Source: Myxococcota bacterium | GTDB taxonomy: Bacteria > Myxococcota > XYA12-FULL-58-9 > JALHOP01 | DNA length: 28,961 nucleotides | Assembly (NCBI GenBank): GCA_041288095.1 | Contig: JBGGMJ010000153.1 | Location: forward strand, 1-28,961 | Reading direction: 5' to 3' | Shown here: in pieces, positions 19,661-26,580 of the stretch | Layout: each line of letters begins with the position of its first letter | How positions within the stretch are numbered: position 1 is the stretch's first letter | Notes under the pieces: generated by a model | What the model was told of the DNA's origin: nothing | The model's input: only the letters and a program-made list of their open reading frames with translations | The model's database searches: none | Position numbers and translations under genes: made by a program

Positions 19661-21177
19661 AGGAACTGAATTCCTTGGGCGAGCGGCAGCGCCGTCGACC
19701 AGTTAACGGTTTGCGTTTGTCGGCGCATGTACGCCTTCCAGGAGTCCGAGCCGGCCTCGCGACCGCCACCCGTGTGCTTCTCACCACCGAACGCGCCACC
19801 GATCTCGGCGCCGCTCGTACCAACGTTCACGTTGGCGATACCGCAGTCACTGCCCATCGCCGAGACCCAACGTTCGGCGTTGCGCATCGACTCCGTGAAA
19901 ATGGAGCTCGACAAGCCCTGCGGCACGTCGTTGTTGATGCGGATGGCATCCTCGAGCGAATCGACGGTGATGATGTAGAGGATCGGCGCGAAGGTCTCCT
20001 CGCGAACGATCGCCATGTCCGCCTTGGCGCGCACGATGGCCGGCTCGACGTAGCAGCCGCCGGGGTACTTGTCGCCCGACAGGCGCTTGCCGCCACGCAG
20101 GAGCTCGCCGCCCTGGGCTTTGACTTGCTCGAGAGCGCGCGTGTAGCTCGCCACGGCGTCGGTATCGATGAGCGGCCCCATCAACGTGCCTTCGCTGAGC
20201 GGATTGCCGATCTTCACCTGGTCGTAGGCCTTCACCAGCTTGTCGACGAAGCCGTTGGCGATGCTCTTGTGGACGAGCACGCGGCGGGTCGAGGTGCAGC
20301 GTTGACCAGCCGTGCCGACGGCGCCGAAGAGCACCGCGCGGAGAGCCAGGTCTTGGTTCGCGTCGTCCATGACGACCAGCGCGTTGTTGCCGCCGAGCTC
20401 GAGCAGCGACCTGCCGAAGCGCTTCGCCACCACCTGACCGACGTGCTGGCCCATGCGGGTCGAGCCGGTGGCCGAGATGAGCGGCACGCGCTCGTCGTTG
20501 ATCAGCTTCTCGCCGATGGTCTCGTTCGCGCCGATGACCAACGACATGACGCCTTGCATGCCGTGCTTGGCGAGCACTTCGTCGACGATCTTCTGCACCG
20601 CGATAGCGCACAGAGGCGTCTTGAACGACGGCTTCCACACCATCACGTCACCGCACACCGCGGCGAGGAATGCGTTCCACGACCAAACCGCGACGGGAAA
20701 GTTGAAGGCGCTGATGATGCCGACGCAGCCCAGAGGGTGCCATTGTTCGGTGAGGCGGTGCAGCGGACGCTCGCTGGCGATGACTTGCCCGTAGATCTGG
20801 CGCGACAGACCGACCGCGAAGTCGGCGATGTCGATCATCTCCTGAACCTCGCCTTCGCCCTCGGCGCGGATCTTACCCATCTCGAGCGCGACCAGGGCGC
20901 CCAGCGCCTTTTTCTTGGCGCGCAAGGCGTTGCCCATCTCACGGACGATCTCGCCGCGTAGCGGGGCGGGCGTGGCGCGCCATTTTTCGAAGACACCGAG
21001 CGTCTTCTTCATGACGACCTCGTAGTCGTCGAGCGTCGCCATCTTCACGCGACCAATCTTCGAGCCATCTCCCGGAGCGAAGCTGTCGAGCCAATCGCCA
21101 TGGGTTTCGATGGGGGCGCCCGCGGAGGCACCGAAGCTGTCGGCACCGAGGCCCAGCTCGCTCAAGATTTCGCGCAT
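19657..21177 (-). CDS. Aldehyde dehydrogenase family 7 (alpha-aminoadipic semialdehyde/piperideine-6-carboxylate dehydrogenase-like)
   Basis: GEVQEMIDIADFAVGLSRQ, ISAFNFPVAVWSWN, TGST, LELGGNN, GTAGQRCT, EETFAP, GAEIGGAFGGEKHTGGGREAGSDSWKAYMRRQT. Confidence 0.94.
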   Translation of the reverse strand: MREILSELGLGADSFGASAGAPIETHGDWLDSFAPGDGSKIGRVKMATLDDYEVVMKKTLGVFEKWRATPAPLRGEIVREMGNALRAKKKALGALVALEMGKIRAEGEGEVQEMIDIADFAVGLSRQIYGQVIASERPLHRLTEQWHPLGCVGIISAFNFPVAVWSWNAFLAAVCGDVMVWKPSFKTPLCAIAVQKIVDEVLAKHGMQGVMSLVIGANETIGEKLINDERVPLISATGSTRMGQHVGQVVAKRFGRSLLELGGNNALVVMDDANQDLALRAVLFGAVGTAGQRCTSTRRVLVHKSIANGFVDKLVKAYDQVKIGNPLSEGTLMGPLIDTDAVASYTRALEQVKAQGGELLRGGKRLSGDKYPGGCYVEPAIVRAKADMAIVREETFAPILYIITVDSLEDAIRINNDVPQGLSSSIFTESMRNAERWVSAMGSDCGIANVNVGTSGAEIGGAFGGEKHTGGGREAGSDSWKAYMRRQTQTVNWSTALPLAQGIQFL

Positions 21178-21334
21178 GTTTTCAATCCTCGAAGGCCGGC
21201 ACGAACACCGGAGCGCGGACAGTGCAGCCGCGTCTGCGCAAGGTCAAGGTCACCGCGGAGGTTGCGCGGCCCTGCGTCAAATCGCGCAAATGTTTCGTTT
21301 GCGAGGCCGCCATTCCCTCGCCTAGGTTTTGCGC

Positions 21335-23539
21335 ATGGCTCCCCGAATCGCGCTCGCTCTCGCCGTGGTGCTCACCGCCTGCTCCAAGCCGCCCGAGCTC
21401 ACCGACATCGGCCCTCGTCTCGTCAGCAACCAAACGAGCCAACCGCTCGCGCTGGTTGGGAAAAACTTCAAAGAAGGAATGCAGCTCGAGCTCGGGCCGC
21501 CCTTCTCGAGAAAGTTCCTGGTCACTTCGCTGGACGCGACGCATGCCTATGTTCGACTGCCCGCCGACCTTACGATCAGCGCCGGGAGTGACGCACAGGC
21601 GGTGACGGTGACTCTCGTGGGAGCCAAGGTGGCCGCTCAACCGCTCCGGCTGCGGGTCGTGAACGACGCTGCGTTTCCGGATTTGACGGCGTTGGCGGTT
21701 GGCGACGGCGGTGTCTTCGCCGCCTCGGGGACGACGGACACAATCTACCGCTACGACGTTGCGGAGGGGACGGTCGAGGCGCTGCCCGGTGGGGACGGGC
21801 CGAGCGCGCTCGCCGTCTTCGCCGAGAGCGATGGGGCCAAGCGTCTCGTCATCGCGCATCAGTTCGAGCCGACGGTGTGGATCTGCGATGGCGCGAGCGG
21901 CAAGAAGCTGCGCGAGCTGCCTGCTCCTGCCTACGCGAGCGCCGTGGCCATCGACGGCGACGGGGTGATCGTTGCCGAGCAGGCGCGCGACACGGTCAGC
22001 AAGATCGGACTCGCGGACGGTGCCGTGCGCTGGACCACGTCGGTCGATCCGAACCCGAAGAGCCTGACGATGACCTCGAGCTCGGTGGCGGTAGGCAGCG
22101 CGCTCACCGGACGCATCGAGCGCCTCGACCGCGAAAGCGGAAAACAGACATCGACGATCAGCCCCGATCCCGACACCCGCATCGTGGGCGGCCATACCGA
22201 GCCCTATGGGCCGTACGTCATGGGGGGCAAAGCCCAGCGCGATCTCGTCTGGCTCGCCAAGGCGGACAAGCTGCTGTCCGCCAACATCGGCCCCAACATC
22301 GGCCCCAATCCCGACAAGATGGAAGTGAGCATGAACGGCGGCATCAGCGTCGTCGATCTCGCCGGGAATCGCGTCACCTCCCACTTGGGTTTCGGCTTCG
22401 GGGTGCCACAGGGACTCGCGGCCGACGAAGAAGCCGGGCGCGTCTATGTCGCCGACGTCGCCACCGGTTTGGTGCGCGTGGTCGAGCTCGCGAAGCTCCT
22501 CGCCGGCGAGCAGGCTTCCGTCACCTCGCTGCCCATCCCCCCGCGCAAGGACTTCCCGCTCACCCGCGTGGCCTCCGATTTCAGCGTCAATCAACGTTCC
22601 GGAGTCGAGCTGCACTCGGGTCCGCAAGCGCTGGCGCTTTCGCCGGATCGCAAGACGCTCTACGTTTTGAACCGCTTTAGCGGAACACTTGCCGTCATCG
22701 ACGTCGAGAAAGCGCCGCAAACGCTAACGACCAAACAAGTGCCGCTCGTGAACACGCTCGGCCAGCGCGAGAAACGACTAGGGCAGATCCTCTACTACAC
22801 CGACCTCGGTCGCACCGGCATGTCCTGCGACGCCTGCCATCTCGACGGCCACGGCGACAGCGTCCTTTTCGAGAAGACGACGCCATTGCGCATCTACCGC
22901 GTCCCGACCGTGCGCGGCACCGCCGAGACGCCACCCTACTTCGTGCCCGCGAGCACCTTCAGCATCGCCGAGACCAATCGGAAAGTCGGCGACCGCAACC
23001 GCTTCCAAAACCCCGTGCAAACCAACGACGAGGTCACCTGGCTCACCATCTTCGCCAGTGAGGTAGCGACCCTGCCCAATCCCTTCGTCGGTGCCGACGG
23101 CGCGCCACCGCGGGAGCTCGCGCTGCCCGACGGCGCCAAAGGCTCGCCGCGCGCGGGCATGGCGCTGTTCGAAGGCAAGGCCGAGTGCGCCTCGTGTCAT
23201 CCCGCGCCCTACTTTACGACCGATCAGGTGACCGCGACGCGTAACCGCTTCATCGAAGTCGGCACGCCCCACCGCTTGCCACTCCGCGAGGAGATGCAGA
23301 GCGAGTACTTCACCGGCTTCTCCATCCCCGCGCTCATCGGCGCCTGGGACGTCTGGCCCATGCTGAACACTGGGCTCGGCGGCTTCGACGTCAGCGCCGA
23401 CAAGAAGGTGCTCGAGGTCCGCGATCGCTTCGCGCTCCGCGCCGTCGTCGAGCGCTACGCGAGCCCGCCCCACGGAAAGGCGAACACGCTCACGCCTGAC
23501 GAGGTCAACGATCTCTTGGCCTATTTGCTGACGTTGTAA
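21335..23539 (+). CDS. MtsA-like lipoprotein: Ig-like N-terminus, YncE-type beta-propeller, C-terminal di-heme c (bCcP/MauG-like) domain, 734 aa
   Basis: Lipobox LTAC; propeller motifs (GPSALAV, VPQGLA, VYVAD, GPQALALSPDRKTLYVLNRFSGTLAVID); CxxCH twice (CDACH, CASCH, the latter after GMALFEGKAE). Position upstream of TSP3/VWA genes recalls Myxococcus mtsA (recollection, not searched). Confidence 0.8.
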   Translation: MAPRIALALAVVLTACSKPPELTDIGPRLVSNQTSQPLALVGKNFKEGMQLELGPPFSRKFLVTSLDATHAYVRLPADLTISAGSDAQAVTVTLVGAKVAAQPLRLRVVNDAAFPDLTALAVGDGGVFAASGTTDTIYRYDVAEGTVEALPGGDGPSALAVFAESDGAKRLVIAHQFEPTVWICDGASGKKLRELPAPAYASAVAIDGDGVIVAEQARDTVSKIGLADGAVRWTTSVDPNPKSLTMTSSSVAVGSALTGRIERLDRESGKQTSTISPDPDTRIVGGHTEPYGPYVMGGKAQRDLVWLAKADKLLSANIGPNIGPNPDKMEVSMNGGISVVDLAGNRVTSHLGFGFGVPQGLAADEEAGRVYVADVATGLVRVVELAKLLAGEQASVTSLPIPPRKDFPLTRVASDFSVNQRSGVELHSGPQALALSPDRKTLYVLNRFSGTLAVIDVEKAPQTLTTKQVPLVNTLGQREKRLGQILYYTDLGRTGMSCDACHLDGHGDSVLFEKTTPLRIYRVPTVRGTAETPPYFVPASTFSIAETNRKVGDRNRFQNPVQTNDEVTWLTIFASEVATLPNPFVGADGAPPRELALPDGAKGSPRAGMALFEGKAECASCHPAPYFTTDQVTATRNRFIEVGTPHRLPLREEMQSEYFTGFSIPALIGAWDVWPMLNTGLGGFDVSADKKVLEVRDRFALRAVVERYASPPHGKANTLTPDEVNDLLAYLLTL

Positions 23540-23580
23540 GGCGTTGGCCAATGCCGTTCGGCGTGCCATGACATCCAAGA

Positions 23581-24579
23581 ATGTTCCTGGTGCTTCCGAA
23601 GGGGCAGTCTTTACGGGCGATCGCTGAGCGGCTCGGCGTCGCCGTCGAAGAGCTGCAGAAGCACACCCAGGTCAAAGACGTGGATGCGCCGGCGCCGATC
23701 GAGCAGCGGCTCGAGGTTCCGGACGGGTTCCTGCGGAGCAAACGCGACAAGGCGGAGCTCACCGACGCCATGTCGTCGCCGTCGGGTAAGCGCGGCGGCA
23801 TGAACATGTGGCTGGCGCTCGACATCGAGCAAAAGCGCACGCGCGCCGCCGGGGGGATGAGGGCCGGCAAGCAACGCGACAGTGAGGCGGAAGCTTTGGC
23901 CGAGGCACGGACGGCGTATTTGCGCTTCGAGGCTGCGAGCAACGATCTGGCGGCTGACCTCTATCAGCAAATCACCTCGACCATATCGACCGACGTTCGT
24001 GGCCAAGCCTTCGCCGGCCTCTCCTGTGCCCAGGCGCAACGCTCCCTCATGTTCGCCGATGTCGCGGAGCGCAATCGCGTCGTCGCCTTGAGCACCGCCA
24101 AGGCCGCTCAGCTCGCCGATCCGAAGCTCCCCGAGTCGCACCTGGCCATGGCCCTGGCCTTGCAAATCCAGGCGAGCGCCGCTGATCTCGAGGAGGCACG
24201 CGCCGAGCTCGATCGCGCGGTCGAGCTCGATCCCCACGGACACCTCTTATTCGCCGAACGGGCGCGGCTCGAGCTGCGCGCCGGCAACCACGCCGTTGCC
24301 CAAGAAGCCGTCGATGCCGCCCTGGCCATCGACTCGGCCTCCGTGCTCGCCCTCGAAGTGAGCGCCCACCTTCGCTTACATCGGGGCGATCGCGACGGAG
24401 CATGGGTTCACCTGCGGAAGGCGACCGAAGCGACACCTACCTACGCCGACACCTGGGCGCTCCTCGCCACGCTCGAAGAAGGTGACGAGCGGGTGAAGCT
24501 GATGGAGACCGCCCGCTCTCAAGCGACCTCGGAAGCTCACCTCGCGCACGTTAATAGCGCGATCTTGCGCGAGGGCTAG
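23581..24579 (+). CDS. LysM-like N-terminal domain + TPR repeat protein
   Basis: KGQSLRAIAERLGVAVEEL...LEVP (LysM-like); TPR motifs AQLADPKLPESHLAMA, RAVELDP, AALAIDS, ATEATPTYADTW. No signal peptide seen. Confidence 0.75.
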   Translation: MFLVLPKGQSLRAIAERLGVAVEELQKHTQVKDVDAPAPIEQRLEVPDGFLRSKRDKAELTDAMSSPSGKRGGMNMWLALDIEQKRTRAAGGMRAGKQRDSEAEALAEARTAYLRFEAASNDLAADLYQQITSTISTDVRGQAFAGLSCAQAQRSLMFADVAERNRVVALSTAKAAQLADPKLPESHLAMALALQIQASAADLEEARAELDRAVELDPHGHLLFAERARLELRAGNHAVAQEAVDAALAIDSASVLALEVSAHLRLHRGDRDGAWVHLRKATEATPTYADTWALLATLEEGDERVKLMETARSQATSEAHLAHVNSAILREG

Positions 24580-24989
24580 AAACCCCACTCAGATCTGCGT
24601 GGTATTGTCCCCACAAGACAATGTGTAGACTTTTGTCAACACGTTGGTCCTACTGACTTGTTTTTACTCGGAATTGGATCCGATGGCGAAATTGTGGTCG
24701 CCACGCCACAGTTCTCCTTGCATCTGTGCAACCATGAGTAATAACTAGAGAATAATTGAGCGTGGGGTATTGCCCCCGCACGACCGTGAGCTACGCAATT
24801 CGGAAAAGACGCAGTAAAATCAGGACTTTGCATCGGTACAGCAGGGCCGATGGTCGCTGTGGCGCCCACATGCCCGTACGAACCCCTGCGGTCTTGGCCC
24901 CCCACGCGGAAGCGACCAGGAACCTTCTTGGAGCGCCCCATGGGCCGTAACTCCGCGGATTTACAACTGACGTGCTGTCCACAGCGGTC

Positions 24990-25006
24990 TTGGCACAACA
25001 CTAGCA
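24990..25006 (+). promoter_or_regulatory. sigma-54 (-24/-12) promoter
   Basis: TTGGCACAACACTAGCA: GG-N10-GC spacing, TGGCAC exact, 68 nt upstream of the ATG at 25074, with a long AT-enriched upstream region. Confidence 0.7.
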
Positions 25007-25073
25007 ATGAACGTTCACGCGCTGCGCAAGCAGGCAGCAACTGATGTCGAACCTGAATGAAGGAGATTTACAG

Positions 25074-26444
25074 ATGAGAGCACTAGGACTTATCGGACTG
25101 TGTGGCTTGGCGATGGCCTTGACGGCCTTCGTTCCCAGCCAGGCGGCGGCGGGTGAGTGCGTGTCCGGTAACTGCGGTACCCCAACCCAATCGGGTGGTG
25201 GCTGCGGTTGCGGTTGCGGCTGCAGCATCCTCGTTGCCATGACTGACCGCGGCGTTACGTATCAGTTCGCCGACGATCAAGACGGCGACGGTGTCGAAGA
25301 CGACTTCGACAACTGCGCTTTCATTTCGAACTACGACCAGAGCGATGCGGACGGCGACCAGGTTGGCGACTCGTGCGACAACTGCTCGGCGTCTGCCAAT
25401 CAGCTTCAGGGTGACGTCAACCTCAACGGCATCGGCGACGCTTGCGACGCTGACGCTGACGGTGACCTCATCCCGAACACCACGGATAACTGCCAGCTCG
25501 TTCCGAACCCATCGCAGGGTAACAACGACGGCGACACCGAAGGTGACATCTGCGACACCGACGACGACAACGACGGCCTCTTGGACACCCAGGATCCGTG
25601 CCGCCTCGTTGCTGGTGCCGGTGGTAGCGCCGCGTGCGACGACGACCCAGACGGTGACGGCCTCGTGAACGACGCCGACAACTGCCCGGACGCCGCTGAC
25701 GCGACCGCGGCCGACATGGATGCCGACGGTGTTGGTAACGCTTGCGACCAGGACGCCGACGGCGACGGCCGCGAGAACTTCCGCGACAACTGCGTGTTCG
25801 TTGCGAACCCGGGCCAAGTCGACGCCGACAACGACGGTGTTGGTGACGCCGGTAACTTCAACACGAACGGTCAGTACGAGTCGTGCGACAACAAGGAGTG
25901 CTTCGTCGTCGACCGCGCTGCGTACGCAACCATGTCGGACAGCGAAAAGTCGTCGTCCTGCTTGGACCCGTCGCACGCCTTCGAGACGCGCCTCGCGATC
26001 GCTGGTAGCAATGATCTGACCCGCCTCCAGGTTGGTGACATCATCGAGATTCGTTTGTTCACGAACCGCGGTGACGAGATTCACAACTGGACGGCGACGT
26101 TCACCGAGCAGCCCGGTGGCTCGAATAGCACGCTGGACAACGCGATCGGCAGCGCCGCGACTTATCCTGGCACGTTCCAGGTCGGCACCGACCCGCGCTT
26201 CAGCACCATCCGCTTCAAGGCGGACAAGGAAGGCGCTTACTCAATCAAAGTTACGACTGAGCTTGTCAACGGAGACCCCCTTGGTCTGCCGCTGAGCCAG
26301 TCGACCCAAGAGATCAAGGCTGAGGTTGGCGAGGGATCTGGGGATTCGTCGGGCGGCTGCTCGTCGACTCAGGCGGAAGGAAGCCTTGCGGCTCTGGCAA
26401 TCGGGCTGTCGATTGCGGCCGTGTTGCGCCGACGCCGGGCCTAA
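25074..26444 (+). CDS. mtsC: MtsC-like thrombospondin type 3 repeat surface protein with MYXO-CTERM sorting signal, 456 aa
   Basis: AAGGAG 8 nt before ATG 25074; signal peptide ending QAAA; Cys/Gly motif CVSGNCG...GGGCGCGCGCS; about 10 DxDxDG..D.CD(NC) repeats; C-terminus SGGCSS...LAALAIGLSIAAVLRRRRA. Confidence 0.85.
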   Translation: MRALGLIGLCGLAMALTAFVPSQAAAGECVSGNCGTPTQSGGGCGCGCGCSILVAMTDRGVTYQFADDQDGDGVEDDFDNCAFISNYDQSDADGDQVGDSCDNCSASANQLQGDVNLNGIGDACDADADGDLIPNTTDNCQLVPNPSQGNNDGDTEGDICDTDDDNDGLLDTQDPCRLVAGAGGSAACDDDPDGDGLVNDADNCPDAADATAADMDADGVGNACDQDADGDGRENFRDNCVFVANPGQVDADNDGVGDAGNFNTNGQYESCDNKECFVVDRAAYATMSDSEKSSSCLDPSHAFETRLAIAGSNDLTRLQVGDIIEIRLFTNRGDEIHNWTATFTEQPGGSNSTLDNAIGSAATYPGTFQVGTDPRFSTIRFKADKEGAYSIKVTTELVNGDPLGLPLSQSTQEIKAEVGEGSGDSSGGCSSTQAEGSLAALAIGLSIAAVLRRRRA

Positions 26445-26500
26445 CAGCTTCAAAGCGTAGGAGCTTTGTTAGGACCCGTGTGATCAGGTGAGACATCTCG

Positions 26501-26540
26501 AGGCCCCTCCTACTCCGTGCAAATCGGAGAGGAGGGGCCT
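26501..26540 (+). other. Strong intergenic stem-loop between the mtsC-like and mtsD-like genes
   Basis: AGGCCCCTCCT-A-CTCCG / loop TGCAAAT / CGGAG-AGGAGGGGCCT: 16 bp with one bulged A; no long U tract after it. Confidence 0.8.
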
Positions 26541-26580
26541 TCGAGTTGGTGATAAAACCTCGGGGTACGGAGGAAATGTA

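Noticed and set aside
19657..21177. ALDH as non-phosphorylating GAPN replacing gap
   Set aside because: Motifs are those of ALDH family 7, and GAPN would bypass Pgk rather than feed it.
19675..22720. Long ORFs 19675-20961 (+) and 21182-22720 (-)
   Set aside because: Antisense shadows of well-supported genes in high-GC DNA.
24636..25044. Short ORFs in the intergenic region upstream of the TSP3 gene
   Set aside because: No RBS, atypical codon usage, no motifs, and mutually overlapping.
26488..26580. N-terminal extension of the VWA gene from GTG 26488
   Set aside because: It spans the stem-loop; ATG 26581 has a GGAGG RBS and begins a signal peptide.
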